Shown here in pieces: positions 9,322-18,467 of a DNA stretch of 34,689 nt. Positions within the stretch are counted from its first letter, which is position 1; each line of letters opens with the position of its first letter. The notes beneath the pieces are model-generated. The model searched no databases, had not been told where the DNA came from, and worked only from the letters and a program-made list of their open reading frames with translations. Source of the stretch: an uncultured Oscillospiraceae bacterium (GTDB taxonomy: Bacteria > Bacillota > Clostridia > UMGS1883 > UMGS1540). The translations under genes and the position numbers were made by a program. The DNA lies in NCBI GenBank assembly GCA_964623915.1, contig CAZUVQ010000003.1, positions 1 to 34,689 on the forward strand, read 5' to 3'.

Positions 9322-9350
9322 TTGACTAAAAGAAAGAAAAAAAGTATAAT
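9322..9350 (+). promoter_or_regulatory. Sigma-A promoter of dtd (TTGACT-17-TATAAT)
   Basis: TTGACT at 9322-9327, a 17-nt spacer, then TATAAT at 9345-9350, 22 nt upstream of ATG 9373. Confidence 0.65.
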
Positions 9351-9372
9351 ATGAAAAAACAGTGGTGATTAT

Positions 9373-9825
9373 ATGAGAATAGTATTACAAAATGCTCTGT
9401 CTGCAACTGTTACAATAGACAAAAGTATATGTGCCGCAATAGAAAATGGGTACGTTTTGTTACTTGGAATAGGACAGTGTGACACAAAAGAAATTGCAGA
9501 TAAAATGGTGGGGAAAATAATAAATTTAAGGCTTTTCAAGGATGATAAGGGTAAAACGAATCTCTCAATAGGAGATATTGGCGGAAGCGTTCTTATAGTA
9601 TCGCAATTTACTTTATATGCCGATTGCAGAAAAGGCAACAGGCCAGGTTTTACTGATGCTGCGCCACCACAGAAAGCAAAAGAGTTGTATAATTATTTTC
9701 TGGATAAGTGTAAATCAGATTTTGCTCATGTAGAGCATGGTGAATTTGGGGCTGATATGAAACTTGAGCTAATTAATGACGGTCCTTTTACTTTGATGCT
9801 TGACAGTGAAACGCTTTTTAAATGA
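9373..9825 (+). CDS. dtd: D-aminoacyl-tRNA deacylase
   Basis: 150 aa. It carries the SQFTLYAD...GNRPGF and NDGPFT motifs characteristic of Dtd. Confidence 0.92.
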   Translation: MRIVLQNALSATVTIDKSICAAIENGYVLLLGIGQCDTKEIADKMVGKIINLRLFKDDKGKTNLSIGDIGGSVLIVSQFTLYADCRKGNRPGFTDAAPPQKAKELYNYFLDKCKSDFAHVEHGEFGADMKLELINDGPFTLMLDSETLFK

Positions 9826-9835
9826 ATTGAAACTC

Positions 9836-9872
9836 AAAAAATCAGGAAGCTCATGTAAACTTCCTGATTTTT
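9836..9872. terminator. Bidirectional rho-independent terminator between convergent dtd and yjbQ
   Basis: AAAAAATCAGGAAG-loop-CTTCCTGATTTTT has a 9-bp core stem (9841-9849 / 9860-9868). It is flanked by an A-run upstream and a T-run downstream. Confidence 0.8.
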
Positions 9873-9932
9873 ATACTTTTATATATTAAGAAATCACGTA
9901 AATTTCGTATAACGGCGCAATTATCCGTCCGC

Positions 9933-10349
9933 TTATTCTCCTATAATTTTAATAAGCACTCTCTTTTTTCTTTTGCCATCAAATTCAGCATAAAAAACCT
10001 GTTCCCAGGTACCAAAATCAAGCTTGCCATGAGTTATGGCGATTACTGCCTCGCGCCCCATTACCGTTCTTTTTAAATGCGCATCAGCATTATCCTCAAA
10101 ACCATTATGGTTGTATTGCTCATAAGGTTTTTCAGGTGCAAGCCCCTCAAGCCAGCGTTCAAAATCACAGTGAAGCCCACTTTCATTATCATTAATGAAT
10201 ACGCTTGCCGTTATATTCATTGCGTTTACAAGCAGTAGCCCTTCTAAAATTCCGCTTTCTTGAAGTGAAGCCTCAACGTCCGGAGTAATATTGATAAAGG
10301 CACGGCGTGTTTTTGTATTAAATGTAAGCTCTTTTCTGTATGATTTCAT
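9933..10349 (-). CDS. yjbQ: YjbQ/UPF0047 family protein (secondary thiamine-phosphate synthase enzyme)
   Basis: 138 aa. The sequence [17 protein letters not shown]...[15 protein letters not shown]...[12 protein letters not shown]...[16 protein letters not shown] matches the YjbQ family signature as I recall it. Confidence 0.85.
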   Translation of the reverse strand: MKSYRKELTFNTKTRRAFINITPDVEASLQESGILEGLLLVNAMNITASVFINDNESGLHCDFERWLEGLAPEKPYEQYNHNGFEDNADAHLKRTVMGREAVIAITHGKLDFGTWEQVFYAEFDGKRKKRVLIKIIGE

Positions 10350-10391
10350 ATCAAAAGACCTTTCTCAAGAAAAAATTGTTATAGCTTTATG

Positions 10392-11657
10392 TTAACTCCA
10401 GATAAGCCAAACCAATATATAACCTGAAATTACGGCTGACAAGGTAAACGGAACACTTATTTTCATGAACTGACCGGCGCGAACTTCGTATCCTTCTTTA
10501 CGTAAAATACCAAGCGCTGTAATATTAGCCGAGGCACCAATGGGAGTGAGGTTTCCGCCTAATGTTGCACCTGATAAAAGCCCAAAGTACAGCAGTGTAG
10601 GGTCAATGCCTAATTTCCCCGATATGCCGGCAACTACAGGCAGCATTGTTGCTACGTAAGGAATATTATCTATAAAAGCTGAGAAAAATACAGAAGACCA
10701 GACAATAATAGAATAAATTGCAAATAAGTTATTACCGCTGATTTTTACAAAAAATCCGGCAATTGCATCTACAACACCAACCTCGGTAATGCCTGCAATT
10801 ACAATAAACAAACCGGCTAAAAGCAATAGAGTGAAATAATCGATTTCTTTTAATGCACTTTTAATAATTTTCGTATCTCGTGTTCTTATAACTTCTCTTA
10901 TCATACCGATTATAAACAGTGATACGCATATAATACCATTAGTTGTTTTTGGTTTATTGGTCAAGAATGAGGCCAGAATTAAAAGAACAACTGTACCGAC
11001 AAGGAGGTATGTAGGAAAATAATCCGTTACAACTGTTCTGTCTTTTACGCTTACTTCCTGCTTGTCCTTTCTGAAGGTATATAAAAGAACTAAGGTTGCC
11101 ATAAGTGCGCTTATCTGTACAACCCAAAATAAACCAGGTTTAGCTTTGTAAACAAAAAAATCAAGGAAATCAAGATTTGCATAACCGCCCAACAAAATAG
11201 AGGTTGTATCTCCAACAAGCGTTGCAGCGCCCTGTAGGTTGGAAGCGATTGCAATTGCAATTATGCTTGGAACAGGTGATAATTTAAGTTTTTTTGCTAT
11301 TGTAATTGCTACAGGTGCAACCATTAACACTGTTGCAACATTGTCAACAAAGGCTGATATAATACCGGCAAACAGCGATAATGAAATGATAGCCCATTTG
11401 ATATTGGGAACTTTTTCGATGATAATATCAGCTAACAACGACGGCATTTTTGATTCAATAAAAAAGAATACAACACCCATTGTACCTGCTATCATCATTA
11501 TTACGTTCCAATCAACTGAAGAAAAAACCTTTTCAATCGGAAGAAAACCGATAATTACAAAAACAGCAGCCGAAGCAAGTGCAATATACGCCCTGAATTT
11601 TGGAAAAACCAGCAACAGGACATATGTAAGAATAAAAAGAATAAGAGCTTGTACCAT
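10392..11657 (-). CDS. ArsB/NhaD-superfamily (SLC13/CitMHS-like) ion permease
   Basis: 421 aa and very hydrophobic, with roughly 10-12 predicted TM segments and an internal duplication-like layout. GGGG lies 8 nt upstream of ATG 11657. Family assignment is by recollection and the substrate is unknown. Confidence 0.7.
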   Translation of the reverse strand: MVQALILFILTYVLLLVFPKFRAYIALASAAVFVIIGFLPIEKVFSSVDWNVIMMIAGTMGVVFFFIESKMPSLLADIIIEKVPNIKWAIISLSLFAGIISAFVDNVATVLMVAPVAITIAKKLKLSPVPSIIAIAIASNLQGAATLVGDTTSILLGGYANLDFLDFFVYKAKPGLFWVVQISALMATLVLLYTFRKDKQEVSVKDRTVVTDYFPTYLLVGTVVLLILASFLTNKPKTTNGIICVSLFIIGMIREVIRTRDTKIIKSALKEIDYFTLLLLAGLFIVIAGITEVGVVDAIAGFFVKISGNNLFAIYSIIVWSSVFFSAFIDNIPYVATMLPVVAGISGKLGIDPTLLYFGLLSGATLGGNLTPIGASANITALGILRKEGYEVRAGQFMKISVPFTLSAVISGYILVWLIWS

Positions 11658-11688
11658 ATTAATTACCCCAATTATAAAGATTTACATT

Positions 11689-11717
11689 ATTATATCAATT
11701 ATTCCAAATAATTGCAA
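11689..11717 (-). promoter_or_regulatory. Sigma-A promoter of the permease-yjbQ operon (TTGCAA-17-TATAAT on the minus strand)
   Basis: On the minus strand: TTGCAA (11717-11712), a 17-nt spacer, then TATAAT (11694-11689). Confidence 0.6.
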
Positions 11718-11767
11718 TATGAATTACAAATTTCTTATGAAATTTAGTATTTAGTTACTAAAAAGCA

Positions 11768-11796
11768 TTGACTTTTATTTAAAATAGTTATATAAT
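11768..11796 (+). promoter_or_regulatory. Sigma-A promoter of the riboswitch/ATPase transcript (TTGACT-17-TATAAT)
   Basis: TTGACT at 11768-11773, a 17-nt spacer, then TATAAT at 11791-11796. The ATG lies about 170 nt downstream. Confidence 0.7.
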
Positions 11797-11804
11797 GCGT
11801 ATAA

Positions 11805-11940
11805 TTAAACTATGATGGAGTAGGTTGCATGGCATTACAGCAGTGTGTCAAGTTAACATTATTACCATATTGGTTTGGCTTGCCTTAATGAACAAGACTC
11901 ATATATGGCTTATGTAGGGTAGCTATATTTGAGTCTTTTG
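11805..11940 (+). ncRNA. Candidate yybP-ykoY (Mn2+) riboswitch with intrinsic-terminator expression platform
   Basis: P1 is TATGA (11811-15) paired with TCATA (11899-903). The conserved GGAGUAG follows the 5' P1 strand (11817-23). UUAACAUUA...UAAUGAACAAGAC (11853-11898) resembles the UUGACAUA...UAUGUUUAGCAAGACC core of the L. lactis and B. subtilis elements. The terminator is AAGACTCATATAT / ATATTTGAGTCTT followed by TTT (11894-11939), and its 5' arm overlaps the 3' aptamer strand. Not verified with a covariance model. Confidence 0.55.
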
Positions 11941-11968
11941 TATAATATTGCGAAAGGAAAAAGAGACA

Positions 11969-14602
11969 ATGAATTTTTACTTAGAAAGTGTAGAAGAAGT
12001 ACTGAAAAAAGTTGGCAGCAATGAAAGCGGGCTAACGCAGGAAAAGGCAGAACAAAGGCTTTTAAAGAACGGTAACAACAAGCTTAAAGAGGGTAAAAAG
12101 ACATCAGTATTTCAGATGTTTTTACAACAGCTTTTAGAACCCATGATTATTATCTTGATGATAGCTGCTGCGATTTCCGGGATTACCGCTGCATTTGAGA
12201 ATGAGCCTTTTACTGATGTTTTTATAATTATGGCAGTTGTAATTATAAATTCTATATTGGGTGTTTATCAGGAGAGTAAAGCGGAAAAAGCAATAGAAGC
12301 ACTTCAGAAAATGACGGCATCAACATCAAAGGTATTAAGAGATGGCAAGCTAACAGCTATCAAAAGCGAAGACCTTGTTGTAGGTGATGTAGTTGTACTT
12401 GAGGCAGGTGATGCAGTTCCGGCAGATGGCAGGATTATTGAATGTGCCAGCATGAAAATAGAAGAAGCGGCCCTTACAGGTGAATCGGTACCGGTTGACA
12501 AAATTATCAAATTGTTGTCGCTTGCTGACAGCCGAGATGTGCCATTAGGTGACCGTAAAAATATGGTATATATGGGCAGCATCGTAGTGTACGGCAGAGG
12601 TAAAGCTGTTATAACTGCAACCGGTATGGACACGGAGATGGGTAAAATTGCTTATGCACTGACCATGGTTGAGGAAAATCAGACGCCTTTACAGATGAAG
12701 CTTGGACAGCTTAGTAAAACATTGAGCTTTATTGTTATAGGAGTTTGTCTTTTCATTTTTGCCTTCAGTCTTTTTAAGTCAGGCGATTTCAGCAAAGATG
12801 TAATACTCAGCACTTTTATGATTGCTGTAAGCCTTGCAGTTGCCGCAATACCGGAAGGGCTTGCTGCCGTTGTGACAATTGTTCTTTCAATAGGAATTAC
12901 AAATATGTCAAAGCGCAACGCTGTTATTCGTAAGCTCACGGCAGTTGAAACCCTCGGCTGTGCCCAGGTTATTTGTTCGGATAAAACCGGCACACTGACG
13001 CAAAATAAAATGACGGTTGTGGAAAATTTCAGCGACGATGAGAAGCTTCTTGCCTGTGCGATGGCACTTTGCAGTGATGCACAGCTTGATGAAAACGGTG
13101 AGGCTGTGGGAGAGCCTACGGAGTGTGCACTGGTAAATTATGCTTATAAGCTTGGTTTAAATAAAGATGACTTAAAGAAAGAATTTCCAAGGGTAGGGGA
13201 AGCTCCTTTTGACTCTGTTCGAAAGATGATGTCAACTGTTCACTCAAAATCAGAAGTAGGTTTTGACCAATATACTAAGGGTGCGCCCGATGAGGTGCTT
13301 AAAAGATGTTCAAAAATAATAGAGAACGGTAAGATTATAGAATTAACAGATTCAATACGTGAAAAAATCAGTAAAGAAAATAAAAAAATGGCCGATAAGG
13401 CACTTCGTGTTCTCTGCGCCGCATATAAGGTGTATGATAAGGAGCCTGCGTCATACGACCCGCAGGAACTTGAAAATAACCTTATATTTATAGGGTTAGC
13501 CGGAATGATTGACCCTATCCGTCCGGAGGTAATAGATGCAATAAAAGAATGCCGCATGGCCGGAATACGCCCGATTATGATAACAGGGGATCATAAGGAC
13601 ACAGCCGTTGCCATTGCTCTACAGCTTGGAATAATTAAAGATTCCAAGCAAGCGATAACGGGTTCTGAATTAAATGATATAAGTGATGAAGAGTTTAAAA
13701 AATCAATTTTTAATTACTCTGTTTATGCCCGTGTTCAGCCTGAACATAAGGTAAGGATAGTAAATGCATGGAAAAGGAATGGCAAGATAACAGCTATGAC
13801 TGGTGACGGTGTCAACGATGCACCATCTATAAAAAGTGCGGACATAGGTATCGGCATGGGGATAACGGGTACTGATGTAACAAAAAATGTTGCCGATATG
13901 GTACTGGCGGATGATAACTTTGCCACTATTATTGTTGCCGTTAAGCAAGGCAGAGAGATTTATGATAACATACGCAAGGCAATTCAATTTTTGCTTGCAT
14001 CAAACCTCAGTGAAGTGCTTTCAATCTTTTTTGCGACGATATTGGGTTTTATCATATTAAAGCCTGTTCATCTGCTGTGGATTAATCTTATTACAGATAG
14101 CTTTCCCGCTCTTGCCCTTGGTATGGAAAAAGGTGAAGAGGATATAATGAAACGAAAGCCCCGTAACCCAAGGGAAGGCATTTTTGCAGCAGGTCTTGGG
14201 ATAGACATAATTTACCAGGGCGTTATGGTTACTCTGATAACATTGGCGGCATATTTAATCGGTCATTACATTGAGTCTGGTGAATGGGTATTTACAAACA
14301 GCCCCGATGGTATGACAATGGCATTTTTGACAATGTCAATGGCAGAGATATTCCATTCATTTAATATGCGTTCTCAGAGAGGCTCAATATTTAAAATGAA
14401 GCACCATAATTTCTATCTGATAGGAGCTATGCTTTTATCACTTGTATTGACAACAGCTGTAATATATGTTCCCGTATTATCAGATGCCTTCGGGTTTGAA
14501 CATATATCATTACTGGAATATTCGATTGCGATGCTGCTTGCAGTTTCTGTAATACCGTTTGTTGAAATAGTTAAAGTAATACAAAGATTATTAAAAAAGT
14601 AA
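11969..14602 (+). CDS. P2-type cation-transporting ATPase (Ca2+/Mn2+ class, SERCA/PMCA/YloB-like)
   Basis: Motifs present are CSDKTGTLTQNKM (phosphorylation site), TGES, MITGDHKDTA, TGDGVNDAPSIK, the PEGL motif in M4 (AIPEGLAAV) and the NLITDSFPALALG motif in M6. ATG 11969 follows AAAGGAAAAAGAG. The ORF-track TTG 11948 lies just downstream of the leader terminator (stem-loop and T-run end at 11939). Confidence 0.9.
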   Translation: MNFYLESVEEVLKKVGSNESGLTQEKAEQRLLKNGNNKLKEGKKTSVFQMFLQQLLEPMIIILMIAAAISGITAAFENEPFTDVFIIMAVVIINSILGVYQESKAEKAIEALQKMTASTSKVLRDGKLTAIKSEDLVVGDVVVLEAGDAVPADGRIIECASMKIEEAALTGESVPVDKIIKLLSLADSRDVPLGDRKNMVYMGSIVVYGRGKAVITATGMDTEMGKIAYALTMVEENQTPLQMKLGQLSKTLSFIVIGVCLFIFAFSLFKSGDFSKDVILSTFMIAVSLAVAAIPEGLAAVVTIVLSIGITNMSKRNAVIRKLTAVETLGCAQVICSDKTGTLTQNKMTVVENFSDDEKLLACAMALCSDAQLDENGEAVGEPTECALVNYAYKLGLNKDDLKKEFPRVGEAPFDSVRKMMSTVHSKSEVGFDQYTKGAPDEVLKRCSKIIENGKIIELTDSIREKISKENKKMADKALRVLCAAYKVYDKEPASYDPQELENNLIFIGLAGMIDPIRPEVIDAIKECRMAGIRPIMITGDHKDTAVAIALQLGIIKDSKQAITGSELNDISDEEFKKSIFNYSVYARVQPEHKVRIVNAWKRNGKITAMTGDGVNDAPSIKSADIGIGMGITGTDVTKNVADMVLADDNFATIIVAVKQGREIYDNIRKAIQFLLASNLSEVLSIFFATILGFIILKPVHLLWINLITDSFPALALGMEKGEEDIMKRKPRNPREGIFAAGLGIDIIYQGVMVTLITLAAYLIGHYIESGEWVFTNSPDGMTMAFLTMSMAEIFHSFNMRSQRGSIFKMKHHNFYLIGAMLLSLVLTTAVIYVPVLSDAFGFEHISLLEYSIAMLLAVSVIPFVEIVKVIQRLLKK

Positions 14603-14617
14603 AAAGGTTTTCTAAAG

Positions 14618-14654
14618 AAAAGAGCAGCTACTGTTTTCGTGGCTGCTCTTTTAA
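14618..14654. terminator. Bidirectional rho-independent terminator between the convergent ATPase gene and cdsA
   Basis: AAAAGAGCAGC (14618-28) pairs with GCTGCTCTTTT (14642-52) around a 13-nt loop, with A/T runs on both sides. Confidence 0.8.
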
Positions 14655-14674
14655 AAACTTGTATTTATTATAGT

Positions 14675-15487
14675 TTATTGTATATAACCAAAGGCAATAG
14701 AAATCATATATACTATTGGAATTGCAAATATCATACTGTCTATTCTGTCCATCATACCGCCGTGACCGGGAATAAGCTTCGAATATTCCTTTATTCCTGC
14801 TTCTCTTTTTATTGAAGATGCCGCAAGGTCGCCTATCGTGCCTGCGGCAGTTGCTATAAATGCAGATAAGAGTGTAAACCAAAGGCTATATATAGGGTAT
14901 CTAATAGCATTCATTGCATAGTAAACCAATATACCCGATGCAGAACCGAAAAACAGACCGCCTATCAGCCCTTCAACGGTTTTGTTAGGGCTAAGGAGTG
15001 GAGCAAGCTTATGTTTCCCAAATGCTTTACCTGTAAAAAGCGCGAAACTATCACCAAAAACAGTTGCCGCCGTTGCAGTTACAAATGCCGCAGGGGCAAA
15101 ATCTGAACCAGATGAAAGCATATACATTATAAAGACTATGGGCAGCAGAGGGAAAAAGCAGATACCCATACCCAAAAGTACATCCGAGGGCTTTGTTTTA
15201 CGGAAAATAACTGTATGTGTAAGCACAGCAAGAGATAAAAACGGCATAAAGAATATAAATACTTCATTTCTTTTTCCCGTTATTATGCCAGCAGCGGCAA
15301 GTATACAAAAAATATAGCCTGGCCATGCTAAAGAGTTCCTTCCGGTATTACGGAAGGCTATATTTATTTCATATGCTGAAATTACGCCGCATGCACATAT
15401 AAACAATATGCCTGTTGGGATAGAGTAAATCAGCATGCCTATAGATACAACAAAAAATACTCCACCAAATAATATTCGTTTTGCCAT
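14675..15487 (-). CDS. cdsA: Phosphatidate cytidylyltransferase (CDP-diglyceride synthase)
   Basis: A 270-aa polytopic membrane protein with the C-terminal signature SSIKREAGIKEYSKLIPGHGGMMDRIDSMIFAIP. Confidence 0.9.
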   Translation of the reverse strand: MAKRILFGGVFFVVSIGMLIYSIPTGILFICACGVISAYEINIAFRNTGRNSLAWPGYIFCILAAAGIITGKRNEVFIFFMPFLSLAVLTHTVIFRKTKPSDVLLGMGICFFPLLPIVFIMYMLSSGSDFAPAAFVTATAATVFGDSFALFTGKAFGKHKLAPLLSPNKTVEGLIGGLFFGSASGILVYYAMNAIRYPIYSLWFTLLSAFIATAAGTIGDLAASSIKREAGIKEYSKLIPGHGGMMDRIDSMIFAIPIVYMISIAFGYIQ

Positions 15488-15502
15488 GGTATTTCCTCTC
15501 TC

Positions 15503-15575
15503 AAAATGGTGTATTCTTACATAATTGGTGTAAAAAATAAACCAATTATACTAAAAATATAATTTACACCATTTT
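15503..15575 (-). repeat. Nested inverted repeats and TGGTGTA repeats in the cdsA leader
   Basis: The outer 11-bp inverted repeat is AAAATGGTGTA (15503-13) / TACACCATTTT (15565-75). The inner 9-bp inverted repeat is ATAATTGGT (15521-29) / ACCAATTAT (15541-49). TGGTGTA occurs directly repeated at 15507 and 15526 and inverted at 15565. Confidence 0.75.
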
Positions 15576-15577
15576 TT

Positions 15578-15606
15578 AGTATATAATGTCATATTATCAA
15601 TGTCAA
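15578..15606 (-). promoter_or_regulatory. Sigma-A promoter of cdsA (TTGACA-17-TATACT on the minus strand)
   Basis: On the minus strand: TTGACA (15606-15601), a 17-nt spacer, then TATACT (15583-15578). The predicted leader is about 84 nt. Confidence 0.6.
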
Positions 15607-15650
15607 GTAAAATATCAGTTTTTTATCAAATAAAAGGTCTAAAACAAATT

Positions 15651-15686
15651 TAAAACACCTCCGGTTGGCGTATGGGGAGGTGCTTT
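15651..15686 (-). terminator. Rho-independent terminator of nrdDG
   Basis: On the minus strand, GCACCTCC-loop-GGAGGTGTTTT. The stem is 15656-62 / 15677-83 and the U-tract corresponds to 15652-55. Confidence 0.7.
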
Positions 15687-15692
15687 AGCGCT

Positions 15693-16193
15693 CTATATAT
15701 CAGCCTGTACAGGTAATCCTGCATCAAGTGATTTTTGAACGTCAAGAATCCTTTGATTGGAAGAACCGATAAATCTCAAATTAAGCCCTTTTTTACTGAT
15801 TATAAACTTGCCGTCAACTAAAACTTTACACTCTTTCAAAAGTTCAAGCATTTTCGCATCTTTTATTATCTCTTCAAAAGTATACCCGCTGTATATCCAT
15901 ATATCCTTATTTGTTTTCTCATGTATCGTTCTTGCAAGCTCACAAAGTGCCTCTGCCTGGCAGAAAGGCTCTCCGCCCGAAAATGTTACATTAGTTATAC
16001 TGCTTTTTACAAGACAAGAAAAAACCTCATTCACAGAAACGTAACGGCCGTTTTTTTCGTCCCATGTTTCAATATTGTGGCAGCCCTCACATCTGTGAGG
16101 GCAGTAATTTACAAACACAACATCACGAAAGCCTGTTCCGTCAACAGATGAGCTGTACAGAATATCCTGTATTCTTATCTTACCTTGCATCAT
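15693..16193 (-). CDS. nrdG: Anaerobic ribonucleoside-triphosphate reductase activating protein (radical SAM)
   Basis: 166 aa. It has the CPHRCEGCHN radical-SAM cluster motif and overlaps the nrdD stop by about 11-14 nt. Confidence 0.92.
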   Translation of the reverse strand: MMQGKIRIQDILYSSSVDGTGFRDVVFVNYCPHRCEGCHNIETWDEKNGRYVSVNEVFSCLVKSSITNVTFSGGEPFCQAEALCELARTIHEKTNKDIWIYSGYTFEEIIKDAKMLELLKECKVLVDGKFIISKKGLNLRFIGSSNQRILDVQKSLDAGLPVQADI

Positions 16194-18390
16194 GTGTTAC
16201 TCTGTCACGAAGTTCTGCCTGTTTTGCGCTGTTCCAGGAATTAACACTGCCTACAAGGTAGCCTGTGATACGTTGAATTACATCGACATTGGTGCTATTG
16301 CATACAGGGCAGGACTTAAAATCTTCATCTGCATTTTCAAATCCGCAGTCAAGGCATCTGTTTCTTGTATGGTTTACAGAACCATAACCTAAATTATATT
16401 TATCAATTAAATCAACAGTCTGCATTATGCATTCAGGATTATGTGTTGCATCACCGTCAAGCTCAACATAAAAGATATGACCGGCATTTTCAAGCTCATG
16501 ATAAGGAGCCTCAATTCTTGCCTTGTGTTCAACACTGCATTTATACCAAACAGGCACATGTGAGCTGTTTGTATAATACTCTTTGTCTGTAATATTTTCT
16601 ATTTCGCCGAAAAACTCTCTGTCACGTTTTGTAAATTTGCCGGACAGACCTTCAGCAGGAGTAGCAAGAAGCGTGTAGTTTAAATTCTTTTCCTCGGATA
16701 TTTCATCTGTCCTCTTTTTCATAAAGGTGATAATTTCAACGCCAAGTCTCTGGGCTTCTTCGCTTTCGCCGTGGTGCTCTCCTATAAGCGCAATAAGGGT
16801 TTCGGCAAGCCCTATAAAGCCTATACTAAGAGTACCGGATTTCAATATATCCTCAAGTTTATCATTAGGGCCAAGACCCTCGCTGCCATACCACATTCCG
16901 CTCATTAACAAAGGAAACTGTTTTTTAAGTGCAGTTCTCTGAAATGCGTATCTGTCATATAACTGTTGCGCGCAAACGTCAATACATTTTTCAAGCTTTT
17001 TATAAAATGATGCTATTCTCTCATCTTTGTTTTCAATTGTTCTGCACTCCAGTGCCAATCTAACAATATTTATTGTTGAAAAGGAGAGATTTCCTCTGCC
17101 AATTGAACATTTTTCGCCAAAACGATTATTATATACCCTTGTGCGGCAACCCATTGTAGCAACCTCATGTATGTAACGCTTTGGGTCCTTCTCATCCCAG
17201 AGTTCATCCTGATTATATGTTGCATCAAGATTTAAAAAGTTCGGGAAAAACCTTTTTGCCGTAACCTTGCAGGCAAGAACATATAAGTCATAATTTCTGT
17301 CAGAGGTAAGGTAATTTACACCACGTTTTTTCTTCCATATCTGGATGGGGAATATGGGTGTTTCGCCGTTACCTACACCACGATATGTAGAGTTTAATAT
17401 CTCGCGAACAATACATCTGCCTTCTGCAGAGGTATCAGTACCGTAGTTAATTGAGGAGAATACGACTTGATTTCCGCCCCTTGAATGAATGGTATTCATG
17501 TTATGAATAAAGGATTCCATAGCCTGATGAACACGATTCACGGTCTGATTTACAGCGTACTGAACAAGCCTTTTTTCACCTTCAAGTCCGTTTAAATCAT
17601 GTGTTTCATAATCGTCAAACTCTATATCTTTCAATGAAGATAAATCTTTGTAATACAATTTCTCGAGTTTTTCTATTTCCTCCTTGTATGTATATCTTAC
17701 ATATGGAGCAAGATAAAAATCAAATGCGGGGATAGCCTGTCCGCCGTGCATTTCGTTCTGGACAGATTCCATTGAAATACAAGCAATTATTGCCGCCGTT
17801 TCAATTCTTTTAGCCGGTCTTGAAGAGCCATGACCTGCCCTGAAACCATTTTCAAGTATCATGTCAAGGGGGTGCTGCAAGCATGTTAAAGATTTCGTCG
17901 GATAATAATCAGCATCATGTATATGGATATAGTTGCTTTTTAAATAATCCCTCGTCTGCTGAGAAACAAGCATATCCATAACAAACGGTTTTGAGGTTTC
18001 GCTTGCGAATTTCATCATCATGCCTGCCGGTGTTTCGGCATTCATGTTGGCATTTTCTTTTGTGATGTCATTGGATATTGTGTTGATGATGCCCATATAC
18101 ATTTCATATGTTTTTCTGCCGCGGGCAATGTTTCTCTTTTCACGGTAAAGGATGTAATCCTTGGCAACATTTGTATACTGGGATTTCATCAGCTCCGCTT
18201 CTACAAGGTTTTGAACCTGTTCAATTTCAATAACATCTACATCTAATGCTGCAATTCTATCGGCGATTGCTTCGGCACACCTTACGTCATTTACAAAATT
18301 GTGACCCATTGCCTTAATGATTGCATCAACAATCTTTTTCTTATCAAAATTTTCAATTCTTCCGTCTCTTTTTCTTATGTTCAAAATCAT
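16180..18390 (-). CDS. nrdD: Anaerobic (class III) ribonucleoside-triphosphate reductase
   Basis: The N-terminus is an ATP-cone (MILNIRKRDGRIENFDKKKIVDAI). The C-terminus has a Zn ribbon (CLDCGF...CPVCNS) and a glycyl-radical motif (RITGYLVG). GGAG lies 8 nt before ATG 18390. The ORF-track start at 18477 runs into the promoter. Confidence 0.93.
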   Translation of the reverse strand: MILNIRKRDGRIENFDKKKIVDAIIKAMGHNFVNDVRCAEAIADRIAALDVDVIEIEQVQNLVEAELMKSQYTNVAKDYILYREKRNIARGRKTYEMYMGIINTISNDITKENANMNAETPAGMMMKFASETSKPFVMDMLVSQQTRDYLKSNYIHIHDADYYPTKSLTCLQHPLDMILENGFRAGHGSSRPAKRIETAAIIACISMESVQNEMHGGQAIPAFDFYLAPYVRYTYKEEIEKLEKLYYKDLSSLKDIEFDDYETHDLNGLEGEKRLVQYAVNQTVNRVHQAMESFIHNMNTIHSRGGNQVVFSSINYGTDTSAEGRCIVREILNSTYRGVGNGETPIFPIQIWKKKRGVNYLTSDRNYDLYVLACKVTAKRFFPNFLNLDATYNQDELWDEKDPKRYIHEVATMGCRTRVYNNRFGEKCSIGRGNLSFSTINIVRLALECRTIENKDERIASFYKKLEKCIDVCAQQLYDRYAFQRTALKKQFPLLMSGMWYGSEGLGPNDKLEDILKSGTLSIGFIGLAETLIALIGEHHGESEEAQRLGVEIITFMKKRTDEISEEKNLNYTLLATPAEGLSGKFTKRDREFFGEIENITDKEYYTNSSHVPVWYKCSVEHKARIEAPYHELENAGHIFYVELDGDATHNPECIMQTVDLIDKYNLGYGSVNHTRNRCLDCGFENADEDFKSCPVCNSTNVDVIQRITGYLVGSVNSWNSAKQAELRDRVTHDAR

Positions 18391-18439
18391 GCCGCCATCT
18401 CCTATTTTAATACTTATCCGAAACCCTGATTCGTGTTCA

Positions 18440-18455
18440 AATCTACATATTGTGT
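18440..18455. promoter_or_regulatory. NrdR box 1 (downstream of the proximal nrdD promoter)
   Basis: The reverse complement ACACAATATGTAGATT matches 13/16 positions of the NrdR consensus acaCwAtATaTwGtgt. Confidence 0.6.
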
Positions 18456-18467
18456 TTGTGTAAGATG

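Noticed and set aside
11239-11754. 171-aa ORF on the plus strand, antisense to the ArsB/NhaD-like permease gene
   Set aside because: It lies mostly inside a convincing membrane-protein gene on the other strand. Its translation is low-complexity and I/T/A-rich, which is typical of the antisense frame of a hydrophobic gene. It has no RBS, and it runs across the permease promoter.
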